A stretch of 63,612 nucleotides of DNA, filler included, from Diploschistes diacapsis (GCA_023645945.1; 17 parts of 17 records of this genome joined end to end with filler, not necessarily neighbours in it), one strand, 5' to 3'. Positions 24,321 through 35,140 are shown, counted from the first letter of the whole stretch. Notes: generated by a model from the letters alone, not told the origin. Program-made: numbers and translations.

Positions 24321-25239
24321 TGTTACGATCCAAGGTACTAGTCGGTAGTACTTGGCACGCAACAGCTAGTCGGGCACTTCCCAACCATTCCTTATATATA
24401 GTTCAATCAGGGTGACACGGGTCACGTGATGAATAAAAAGTCTGAAAGACCATTCTATTTAATCGTAAATAGAAAGTGTCGGAATATAAACATGAACTGC
24501 TGCTTGCTAAGAGGTGCGCATCTTTTGGCGTAGTGGTTTAGTTCAACAGAAAGAAAGAACAGTAATTCTGTTCATTTACTTATCTATTCTGTTAAAGGAG
24601 TTATTAATTATATAAAAACGTCGCCATAACCTTTATAAGTTTAGAACGTGTTTATTTTTATAAACATCCTTAATTATTACTCGGGATCAATTTATATTCG
24701 TTTACTTTTATTATTAAAAAATTTTCTTTTTAAAAATAATCTAGGACCTATAATTGCTCTATTTTCTTTTCCTACCACACTTCTTTTCTAACAGAAACTA
24801 AACCCACCTTAACTTTACTTATATATACCTTATATAGATAAAGATCATAACACTTAAACACCCTCAAGAAAAAGTATTACTAACAACACAACCGGGCGAT
24901 CGCCACCGATGGCTAGATCCGCACCTCGAGCACCTAAGGCAGCAACGCCATCAGATAAAACTGATATCCCGATAGCGAACACAGCGGAAGCTAGAGGCGA
25001 CGATCCCGGAAGTAACGATGAACCCGACGAAAACAACCCGCGCAAAAAACCCACTATAAAAGCTGTAAAGTTAATGACGTTCTATAGAAACCATAAGAAA
25101 CTAAAACATTAAATATTTTAATTTTCAATATATTTTTATTAAAATCCGTACATTATAAATAATTAAAGGAAGCGAACCGTCTTTACCGTAAGATTCATAT
25201 ATAACCGCGTATTAATATAAATAAAACCTTACTTCAACG
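24321..25239 (+). mobile_element. Gypsy-like 5' LTR (family C, 24321-24852) followed by mutated gag start (ATG 24909)
   Basis: Termini TGTTACGATC..GATCATAACA form an inverted repeat. The downstream ORF MARSAP..KPTIKAVKLMTFYRNHKKLKH* resembles fungal Gypsy gag 'KP.TF.G.RKKL' and then decays. Confidence 0.8.
24477..24548 (+). mobile_element. 72-bp TG..CA insertion (miniature solo-LTR-like) with 5-bp TSD GAAAG
   Basis: GAAAG at 24472-24476 and 24549-24553. The homologous LTR C copy at 34086-34486(-) has the empty site (TAGAAAG AAAGAACGGT). Confidence 0.85.
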
Positions 25240-25789
25240 NNNNNNNNNNNNNNNNNNNNNNNNNNNNNNNNNNNNNNNNNNNNTTAATTAATTAANNNNN
25301 NNNNNNNNNNNNNNNNNNNNNNNNNNNNNNNNNNNNNNNCGATCGTTAACCTTCCGGAACTCCATCGCGGGATATACGTATACTAAACGGGATAAAAATG
25401 CTTTTAAAGAATTCTTTATAATATTTTTATTTAAGAAATTATTAATTTATTTAAACTATATCTAAAAATTAAAAAATAAAAAAAACATAAGAATTATACG
25501 AGTTATAAAAAATTATTAAAGAATAAGAGGATTTATTTTATAAAACCGTTATATATTATAATTTATAAATATACGTAATTTACACCCGCGTCCCGTGTAC
25601 TTAAGAACCGATATTAGCTCGTATATCAATTAATCGGAGCCGTGCCGGCAAGTTTCCCGCTTAACGGCGGATCTATATCCGTTACGCCTCCGCGGAGTTA
25701 ACGGAAATATATCGGGACCTTTACGGAAGTTTTTAAATAGACGTAAGCAACGGCTCTAAAGATTCAGAACTAGGAAAGAGAAAGATAAT

Positions 25790-25970
25790 TATAATAGATA
25801 CCTGTGACAGTCCTCCGGTTGAGCGGAAGGTCTCAGCCCTAGCACCGCGCCAAGGCCGCGGGCTTACATAAGAGAAGTTTTTAGGAGGAAGTTTCCTACT
25901 TTCTTTTTTAGAGATTAGTTCATGAATATTATGATTATTATTATTATATTATTGTATTTTATTTTTCATA
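25790..25970 (+). mobile_element. 3' LTR, family E, with upstream PPT
   Basis: Homologous to 33382-33572 and 31451-31627 (CCGCGCCAAGGCCGC, TAGAGATTAGTTCATGAATA). Purine tract AGGAAAGAGAAAGA precedes it. The upstream 3' UTR is shared with 31280-31450. Confidence 0.75.
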
Positions 25971-26798
25971 GTTTTAATCTTTTCTTTTTATAATGGAGCA
26001 GTGGTCCGGTAAAATGGCGAGAGAAAAGCGAAAAACCGCGATTATATTTCGAAATATTGGAAAATCGGTATTAATCGTAGATCTAACGGAAATCGTTATT
26101 TTATTCCGACGGGAATTATTAATATATAACGAGACTTTAACGGAGTCCCTACGGTTAACAGCCGTAGCGGTTTCGCGAAAAAAAGAAATCGTCGAAGGGA
26201 AACGCGTCGTCGTCGAAATTTTTAAATTAGACGAAAGAGATCAATCAAATTCTGTTACCGAAGAAGAATATTTATCGGACGTAAATCTTTCGCGATCTAA
26301 TCGGGAACACATTTCTCGTTTTAAAAGAAAATGCCAGAAATTATTAAAATAAAAAAGAATTTAAGATCTAATTACGGAAGTAACGAATCTAAAGATTTAA
26401 ATCACGTTTCCGATAATTAAAACGGATTATAAAACGTAAGTTATTCGTAAGCGAGTCGTATCTAGCGAGCACGTTATTAACGTTACGAGATACCTTCGAT
26501 CTTAATCTTTATTTAAGTATTGGGGGTTATCTATAACGAAACACCGAAAATGGTTTATAATAACTAATAATACACGAACTTTTATACGGATTAATTATTT
26601 CTTTATTTCGCGTCGGCGTATCGACGTACTACGTTTAACTTTCGATTTATTAAATCTTTAATTAAATTAAATAAATATTCTTTAAAATAACTTTACGTNN
26701 NNNNNNNNNNNNNNNNNNNNNNNNNNNNNNNNNNNNNNNNNNTTAATTAATTAANNNNNNNNNNNNNNNNNNNNNNNNNNNNNNNNNNNNNNNNNNNN

Positions 26799-27358
26799 AT
26801 TACTTCCTATTATTATGGAGCATTCGTCGATAAATTAAATATTAATAAAATCCTCGGCGCGTTAAGTTCGGTGTATTCGGAAATATTTTAAACGTTTTTC
26901 CGCATCTTTAGGCTCTAAATATAGCTTCCACCGCATCCTATATTTTTTGAAAAAGGGGTCGATGTCGCGGAATCTTCGGCGTACTGTATTTTTACTAATA
27001 GACGAGATATCGAATAATTTAGATTATTTAGATTTTGGATGACGTCTGGCCGTTCGATAAAACCTATTTTTTTGATTTTCGGACGTTGTTCGAGGTCTTC
27101 CGGAGCGCTTTAAATCATCTTAATCTTTATTACGTTTTAAAACCTTTGTTATTGTCTTTTTGGCTGTAGAATAAAGAATATTTAGTTTATTAATTGTATT
27201 TTTTAGGATAGTATCTGATCTATATGCGCCTATAAGTTCAGAACGCTTTTAGAGCTTCAAACGACGATATGGTGGCATTATTGTAGAAATAATAGTAGGT
27301 ATTTATTGTTTATTTGTACCGATTTAACCGAGGGACCATTACTTTTGGACTAGTACTG
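26799..27358 (-). mobile_element. Tc1/mariner DNA transposon 5' half with RIP-inactivated transposase (ATG 27278)
   Basis: Begins TA|CAGTACTAGTCCAAAAGT. Translation contains KRSGRPRTTS (GRPR linker), SISKNTVRRRF, and FIDECS (first catalytic Asp region), with several in-frame stops. Confidence 0.88.
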
Positions 27359-28157
27359 TATACCTCGATTTTTTTCTTTTTGGTAAGCGTTGTTTCGAAC
27401 AACTGCTTACATAATAAAAACTCCGAGCTAAATCCCTTTAGTTCATAAAGGGTCTTCAATATCTCTCATATCTTGTTCGGATCATTGATGTTCCGGATTT
27501 GCAGTAGGGGTTTATCTTCAAGAACTAACCGGATGTAGGCTAACGTCTTTTTTAGCTTGGTGCTTCACTCGATCATTTCCTCGGAGGTCGAAAATATCGG
27601 TAGAACATTGGTAGTCATCACGTCGTAATAACCTTTTTCGATTAATACGGCCTCCATACGCATTGACCAAATATCTCAATTTTCGCTACCACGTAGCCTT
27701 GGGATTTTCATCACTAAATCGCCCATTTTTTCCGAATCGGGTATAATCGATTTCCTATTTGGGCCTAGTCGCTTTATTTAATTGGATTTTATCCAATTAA
27801 ATTTCAGGTAGTTGATCTCGCTGTCGAATTCTTCGTAGTCCTAGTTACCTAATTAGGTAATCGCGTATTCCGGGCTCATAACCTATTGAAAGTGGTGGAA
27901 GTTCCTAATAGATAACAGATGACTAAGAATGTATTCAGCAGCTAGTCCTAACTAGGAAATATTCCTAGCCTGCCTAGCCTGATAGCTGACTATTGTTCAA
28001 TAATAATATATTAAAGAAATTAAAGGTTATAACTATGAACGATAGAGGATGAGAGGCCTTTTATAGGCACATTTCACGCTAATATAATTAGTAATAATCT
28101 AATCTAGAATGTTCCTTATCCTTCTAAATCATTCTATGCATTAGTAAGCCGAATATT
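27359..28157 (-). mobile_element. Copia element 5' end: LTR (27884-28157), PBS GGTTATGAGCCC (27872-27883), gag pseudogene (ATG 27726)
   Basis: MGDLVMKIPRLRGSEN*DIWSMRMEAVLIEKGY..IRLVLEDKPLLQIRNI..KI*EILKTLYELKGFSSEFLLCKQLFETTL is a fungal copia Gag N-terminus. The stops are TGA at likely TGG (Trp) positions. Confidence 0.9.
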
Positions 28158-28674
28158 NNNNNNNNNNNNNNNNNNNNNNNNNNNNNNNNNNNNNNNNNNN
28201 NTTAATTAATTAANNNNNNNNNNNNNNNNNNNNNNNNNNNNNNNNNNNNNNNNNNNNATACTGATAGAATTATCGAAAATCGTAATTTCGTATAGATTCT
28301 TGAGCTTCTTGGGTCCTATTTGGGTCTTACGTGCGTGTTATAGCTGATAACTGTTTTTATTAGACTGAACTTTTGGTTTCAGTTTAGATTCAGGTTCAGT
28401 TATTAAATACGTAATTACTTTATACGTATATTTTTCTTTTATAATCTTGTTTAAATAATAGACTCCATTCTTTTTTTTTATATAAGAATGATCCGACCGT
28501 TCTCGTCGTATAGATACAAGTTCTTTTAATTAAAACTCCCCCGTAATCTTGTTTTGTATAACTTTTGCCCCGATATAAGGTTTGCTTTTAGTCTAGGTAT
28601 ATACATTATATATCCTAAATATAGAACGTTATTATTTTATTTTAATTTAATCTTCCTAGTATAATCTAAATAGA

Positions 28675-29161
28675 TATTATAATCTCTATCTCTACAATAT
28701 AGACACGAGGTATTGATCAAGGTGGGTTTGGTCTCTGTTAGAAGAGGAGTGCAAGCAGGAGAAGAAGTAGATCGGTAACAGATCTGTTCTGATTTCTAAA
28801 AAGATTGCTATTTAATAATAAAAATAACGAATATAGATTGATCCCGAATAATAATTAAAAATATTTATAAAATAAACATATCAGAATTTATACAAATCAT
28901 AACGACGTTCTTATATAATTAATTATTTTTAATAAAATAGATTAATAAACAAATAGAACTACCATTTTCCCATTTTGTTTATAAAAGATAAAATAGCTTT
29001 TAAAACTTTTTATTTATTATATAATTAATGTTATTATAATTGGATTATATATAAAGAATAATTAGGTTAGACCCGATTAGTTATAAAGTATTAAGTAATT
29101 ATTATTTAGTTATTTAGATCGTAATATTATCCTTTTCCTTCAGTCTTGTCGGCCCGACAAG
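28675..29161 (-). mobile_element. Family C 3' LTR (28675-29126) with PPT and upstream hairpin
   Basis: Conserved core GATCAAGGTGGGTTTGGTCTCTGTTAGAAGAGGAGTG. On the minus strand GAAGGAAAAGGATAA precedes the LTR. Same arrangement at 37635-38122(+). Confidence 0.8.
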
Positions 29162-29231
29162 CACCGAAAAATAAGTATAAGTATTAAATAAAAGAGAATC
29201 CTAAATCGTGGGACAGCGATGTCTTTTTCAT

Positions 29232-29380
29232 TAGGCTGGCCGTCACTGACATTGACACGGCCGTGTCAGTGACACGGACACTGACACTGTCAGTATCCGT
29301 GTTTTAGATTTTTTAGCTGCGGTGTCCGTGTCCGTGGATTCACGGAAGTATAATGTCCGTGTCAGTATTAATATTTCGTG
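29232..29380 (+). mobile_element. Terminus of hAT-like/MITE-like DNA element (family D)
   Basis: TIR TAGGCTGGCCG followed by subterminal CACGGACACTGA/TGTCCGTG repeats in both orientations. The right boundary is approximate. Confidence 0.6.
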
Positions 29381-30099
29381 TTTAGCGTAATCGCATCCGA
29401 AGTCTCTACATTCGTTAAAAAATATATAATCGAAATGTTTCCGATTATTAACGATAAGAACTTTCTTTCGGAAGTACTTTTCTCTACTTATAATTCTTTT
29501 TAAAATACGAAACATATACGCTGCTTCTTCGCTTAAATTAATTCCTAAAGGTCCTCGAATATTTGATCTGGCGTCAGGAATTAGATCGCACGTTTAAACC
29601 GATTTCCTATATTCCNNNNNNNNNNNNNNNNNNNNNNNNNNNNNNNNNNNNNNNNNNNNTTAATTAATTAANNNNNNNNNNNNNNNNNNNNNNNNNNNNN
29701 NNNNNNNNNNNNNNNGTACTAGTGATATCGGATTTAACGGGGTTTAACAGGTACTATACATTGTCGCGAAAATATTAAGAATGGCGTATTTTATATTACG
29801 TAAGCGTGGATATTCGTAGCGTGAGAGCTTTAGCGAGTTCTTTACGCTAGTTATCCGGCGCTAAATTAGTAGATTTTTTAATATTTTTTTCGAAAAAATA
29901 TTTTTTTTAAAATATTAGAAAAATGGTTTTTTATTTTTTGATTACGTAATAAAAATGATTGGCCTCGCCGCTTTCGCCAGGTTTCGCCAGAAATTTTTTT
30001 TTGCTTGAAAAACTTTTCGTGATGTCCCCGAATATTATTAATCACGAAAATCTTATCTTTTCGAAATTTAATTAATAAAACTTCCGTAAGATCTCGAGA

Positions 30100-30933
30100 A
30101 CGTTTTCGAAATTAACGGTAAAATATTAGCTATCGTCGGTAAACCATTTCACCTAACGTATCCTATATTAGACGTTCATTCTTCGCCCGAGGCCTCTTTT
30201 GGCGTCAAGGATTTCCTTAATCTCTCATTCTTCTTTACCTTCCGTCTTTACCGGGAGTGATCTAGGATACGTCTATTCTTTCAAAAGATCTTACGGGTTT
30301 TTCGAAAATAAAAACGAATAAAAGATTTTTAATTACTTTATCGACGTTAATAGGTTTAATTTAAAATTTATATCGCCTATTTTCCGTAAGACGTTATAAA
30401 AGCCGCTTTATTTATTATTTAATTTCTTATAGACCCGAATAGTTTTAATATTACGTATATCTAATCAGACCGAGTCGCCGGGATTAATCTTTTTAACGAA
30501 ACGTCGATACTCGTCCGCGTATCGCTTTTATCGTTATTACGTTAGTACTATATATCTTTTAACGAAATTCTAGATGTCTTATATAATTTTAACGATGGTA
30601 TTAATATTTCGATTATTTATTATCTCGCGAGCAATAATTTTTTATTTCGTTATTTTATCGGTATCGAAAGATATCCGAGGTTTATATTCCCGAATAATAA
30701 AAAATAACGAACATTTCGTTGATTCCGATTTAGCCGCGTTGATAACGAATTCTATTATAAATAACAACCGTTCCTAATTTTTCTACGAATAGTAGACGAA
30801 GGTTCGTAAATATCGTTCCATTTTTTTATTAATATTTTCGGTTTGACCGTCCGTCTGAAAGTAAAAAGCCGTCGATAGTTTAAGGCGGATATATAATATA
30901 TCATATAAGTGTTATTATAGCTGATTGACGAAC
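30100..30933 (-). pseudogene. Gypsy integrase core remnant, RIP-mutated
   Basis: About 30890-30795 translates RLKLSTAFYFQTDGQTENINKKMERYLRTFV, matching the 'LSTAFHPQTDGQTE' integrase motif. The left boundary is approximate. Confidence 0.8.
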
Positions 30934-31073
30934 TGTTATGATCTCTATCTATACAAGGTATACACGAGTAGGATCAAGGTGGGTTTGGTCTCTGTTAGAA
31001 GAGGAGTGTGGCAGGAAAAGAAGATAAAGCAGTTATAAGTTTTAAACTATCTTTAGAAAGAAAGCTCTAAGAT
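30934..31073 (-). mobile_element. Family C LTR 3' end inserted into the integrase remnant
   Basis: TGTTATGATCTCTATCTATACAAGGTATACACGAGTAGGATCAAGGTGGG, near-identical to 61533 and 62792. Confidence 0.85.
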
Positions 31074-31450
31074 NNNNNNNNNNNNNNNNNNNNNNNNNNN
31101 NNNNNNNNNNNNNNNNNTTAATTAATTAANNNNNNNNNNNNNNNNNNNNNNNNNNNNNNNNNNNNNNNNNNNNGATTTATTTTATTAATATATTTGTTTT
31201 ATAAAACTGCTATATATTACGGTCCGTAAACGTTTATAACTTATATATCGAAGTTTTATATATTAAGTACTGTTACCGGCTTATACGTCAGTTAACCGGA
31301 ATTATAACGATAAATTTCCCGTTTAACGACGGGTTTATATCCTTTTTCTTTACGCGAAATCATTAGAAAAGTATCGAGATTTTTACGGGAATCCTTCGAT
31401 AACGTCAATAATGGCTTTAGAAATTTAAAACCAAGAAAAAGAAAACTAAC

Positions 31451-31627
31451 TATAATAGATACCTATAGCAGTCCGCTGGAAACGGAAGATCTCAGAATTA
31501 ATCCCGCGCCAAGGCCGCGGTCCGCATAAAAAGAATTGTCTGGAGAAATCTCTTACTTTCTTTTTTAGAGATTAGTTCATGAATACTATCATTATATCTA
31601 TCAAACTACTGCATATCATCTCTTACA
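31451..31627 (+). mobile_element. 3' LTR, family E
   Basis: TATAATAGATACC..CATCTCTTACA (mutated TGTAA..TTACA termini), with a purine tract upstream. Confidence 0.75.
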
Positions 31628-32074
31628 AAATAAACGAGAACAACTATTATAATCATAGATACATAAGAATTAAAATAAAGAATTACGAAAAAGAAAAAAG
31701 TCACGAATTCAAACCCGTGGCAGTACGCGACGTTTATTGGTTAATAAACGCGCGATATCGTTAATAAATAGAAATTTAACTTATAAAAAGGAACTAATTT
31801 ACGATATTATAGACCCGATCAATTATAAAAATACTTACGAGGATCCTTAACTGAAAATATATAATTTAACGATTAAATTAAAAAACACGGACCTTTAAAT
31901 TAAATAAATATACGCGTATTAATATATTCCGCCTACACGCAGTTATGATAAATAAAAAGGTTATATTATGTAATACGCCCAGAACCGGTTCAAAAGGTAA
32001 CCTTAATCAATAGATTCGACATCGTGAGGTAAAGACACGAATCAACGAAGAATACTGATAAGAAAAGAGATAAT

Positions 32075-32529
32075 TGTTGACCAGACAGGCAGAAGGCATG
32101 GCTATGAGCTCGACTCAATTCCGGAAAGTTCAGATCAACTGAATTAACTGAAGTTTTAACTAGACCAATTCGGGAGCAGCATAAATAATAAAACCTAGCG
32201 TATTCCGTAGGAATGAAAATCTATAAAGCAAAATTAATTTTTAAATAAGATTTTTAGACATCAATATATCCATTACGTTGCAAAATAGGTTATGAGCCCG
32301 GGGTTATTTACTCTACCGACGCGTATTGATTATTAAGATAAGTTTCCCGGCAATCAATACCGTAATGAACGCGAGCATCAATTACGCTACCTAGCATAAA
32401 TTAAATTAAAAAATCTAAAATTATAAGATTTAAATTATAAGGCCCTGAGAGTATGTCTAAATATAAAAAATATATTATTTTATAAGAACTCGGGACCTTT
32501 TTACGCTAATATAAAGTATACTTAAATAA
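32075..32529 (+). mobile_element. Copia 5' LTR (family A, 32075-32287) + intact PBS GGTTATGAGCCC (32288-32299) + leader
   Basis: TGTTGACCAGACAGGCAGAAGGCATGGC start. The PBS directly abuts the LTR end. Confidence 0.85.
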
Positions 32530-33381
32530 NNNNNNNNNNNNNNNNNNNNNNNNNNNNNNNNNNNNNNNNNNNNTTAATTAATTAANNNNNNNNNNNNNNN
32601 NNNNNNNNNNNNNNNNNNNNNNNNNNNNNTACACACCGTCCCGACAAGATACATCCTACCGATACACCGTTACGAAGGCTAGATTATTACGAAACGAACC
32701 ATTAAATTAATAAATTGCTATTTATTCTAAAATATAAACTTATTAGATTAAAATTAGATTAAATAAATTATCCGTTATGCCACACCGAAACGTATTCGGT
32801 ATTATATCATAGGCTTTCCGTAAAAATACCGCGATATTACGAAAATTTAAAGAACTCCGCCCTAAATTAAAACATTCGGAAAGCGAAAACGACGATAAAA
32901 CACCGTAAGTCCATCATAAATTAACCGAAATACTACCTTACCAAAAAAGTTTAAATATAATATTATCAGCCCTTAAAGTGCCTAAACCAGAAAACCCGGA
33001 AAATAAAAACAACGACAAGACGCCGTAAGTTTATCGCAGGTTAACAAAAGTATTATCTATTTAAAAGAATCCGGATAGAATACTATTGGTTTCGAGTAAT
33101 ATATCTAAACTAAAAAACCCGAAAGACGAAAAAAACGGTTGAATACCGTAAGTCCATCGTAAATTAATTAAAACGCTACCGATTCAAAAAGGATTAATAA
33201 TAAAATATTTATTTATTCCGCGAGCATTCGTGAAAGATATCATGAAACGAGAATTTACCGATATTTTACCGACGAAGAAACTATTCGATTTAATACGTAC
33301 CTTATATATAACGAACGATTTTATTAAAAAGAATAATAAATCTATCTTGCAACCTAACCGCTCTAATATCGCAACTAAAAC

Positions 33382-33572
33382 TGTAACAGATAGCTGTGAC
33401 AGTCCTCTCCGGGCGAGCGGAGGAACTCAGTCCTAGCGCCGCGCCAAGGCCGCTCCAAGGCCGCAGGTCATAAGAGGAGTTTTTACAGAGGGATCTCCTC
33501 TTTTCTTCTCTAGAGATTAGTTCATGAATACTATGACCATTACTATCACACTACTGCATTTCATCCTTTACA
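33382..33572 (+). mobile_element. Solo LTR, family E (191 bp), with 5-bp TSD AAAAC
   Basis: TGTAACAG..CCTTTACA flanked by AAAAC at 33377-33381 and 33573-33577. Confidence 0.9.
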
Positions 33573-33624
33573 AAAACGACATAACATTTTAATAACATAA
33601 AATTATTTTATCATAAAAACCGTA

Positions 33625-33985
33625 ACGTGTTTGACGGGGAACCGGGCCACCCCCAGAAGTGGGCCACCTCTCATTATAACTTTCATCTTTTTCTTCGATT
33701 TTTTCAACAATGACTACCTCGCATCGTAATAATTCGATTCTAATAAAATTTAATATTAACGACTATTTATAGGCCCTAAATTTTTAACAATATATTAACG
33801 TTCGAGAAGCTGTTTACGCATTTAAAGTTCCTCGTTTAATTATTATGCGTCGATTCATTAAATTATAATTACGTTCTAATAATCACGAATCGAGTTAAAT
33901 CCTTTTAAATTCTAAAGAAAAGATATTAATACGATAGATTATACGTCTTATATAAACCGGCTTTCCTATATCGCCTGCGTTAATA
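33625..33985 (+). mobile_element. pogo/Fot1-type DNA transposon 5' end with inactivated transposase (ATG 33710)
   Basis: Starts TA|ACGTG with a duplicated GGGCCACC motif. Translation NVREAVYAFKVPRL..RSNNHESS*ILLNSKEKILIR*IIRLI*TGFPISPAL fits the psq-HTH + CENP-B HTH pattern. Confidence 0.85.
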
Positions 33986-34085
33986 NNNNNNNNNNNNNNN
34001 NNNNNNNNNNNNNNNNNNNNNNNNNNNNNTTAATTAATTAANNNNNNNNNNNNNNNNNNNNNNNNNNNNNNNNNNNNNNNNNNNN

Positions 34086-34486
34086 AATCTCTGTTAAAAA
34101 AAAATATAGCAGAAGAAGAAGATAGAATAATTATAGATCTTGGACTATCTTTTAGAAAAAAGGCTTTAAGATAATAAAAGTAACGAATATAAATTGATCC
34201 CGAATAAGAACTTAAGATATTTATAAAAATAAACACGTTCTAAATTTATAAAAACTATAACGACGTTTTTATATAATTAACGACTCTTTTAATAAAGTAA
34301 ATAAATAAATAAATAAAATTACCGTTCTTTCTTTCTACCCACGACTAAATAGAATGATTTTTTAGACCTTTTACTTATCACGTGACCCGTGTCACCCTGA
34401 TTGGACTATATATAAGGAATGGTTGGGAAGTGCCCGACTAGCTGTTGCGTGCCAAGTACTACCGACTAGTACCTTGGATCGTAACA
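34086..34486 (-). mobile_element. Family C LTR (truncated by contig edge)
   Basis: The first 110 nt on the minus strand differ at only one position from 24321-24430. Confidence 0.88.
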
Positions 34487-34554
34487 TGTCCGTGCCGAGA
34501 AAATTTTTGCTGCGGTGTCTGTGTCAGTGTCCGTGGCACGAAACGGCCAGCCTA
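34487..34554 (-). mobile_element. Terminus of hAT-like element (family D), interrupted by LTR C
   Basis: Ends GTGGCACGAAACGGCCAGCCTA, the reverse complement of the ends at 61680 and 63395. Confidence 0.75.
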
Positions 34555-34746
34555 ATCTATTAATAATAGATTTATTTAAATAGCTATTTATTAACGACAG
34601 CGCTATCGCGATAACTTTATTATCGACGATCAATTATTATTTTAAATTATATCAAAACACCGCCATGGTCTTTATAAATAAAGACGTGTTTATTTTTATC
34701 AATAATTTTAATTATTGCTCGAATTTAATTTATATTCGTTATTTTC

Positions 34747-35140
34747 TGTTGAGCAGGCAGACGGAAGGCATGGCTGTGAGCTCGGCTTATTCCGGGAGGT
34801 TTACTGAGAGAACCTGGGAAGTTCAGTTCAGATGAACTTACCGAAGTTTAGTTTAGTTCATAGAACGCCCCTACAGGAATACTATACAACCAGGGGCTGA
34901 GCCTAATCTGGAAGGATGACGTGTAGCTGCAATCTGTAGGCTGAATGGTTCAGATTCGAAAAGGTAAGGAAGAAACTATTTAAGTAGGAGGAGGGCACAA
35001 ATAAATAGTCTGGGTGCCAGCCCTACCAGGGTTCAACCCTTGAACCTATAAACGTTCAGGATGTTCCAGTTCAATTTAATTAAACCTTATAGAATCCGGT
35101 GGAATCCTGATTAAACCGATTAGAAATAATATAAATAATA
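34747..35140 (+). mobile_element. Copia LTR family A, split by a family B solo LTR
   Basis: TGTTGAGCAGGCAGACGGAAGGCATGGC start. A-like sequence resumes after 35073. The right boundary is approximate. Confidence 0.7.
34861..35068 (+). mobile_element. Solo LTR family B (208 bp) with GTTCA target-site duplication
   Basis: T(A/G)GAAC..GTTCCA inverted termini. GTTCA at 34856-34860 and 35069-35073. Confidence 0.78.

Noticed and set aside
25993..26352. ORFs in AT-rich contigs (also 29243, 30574, 31579, 33230, 37896, 61266, 61872) as genes
   Set aside because: I/K/N/F/Y-biased chance frames in RIP-mutated transposon DNA. Several run across LTR or TIR boundaries.
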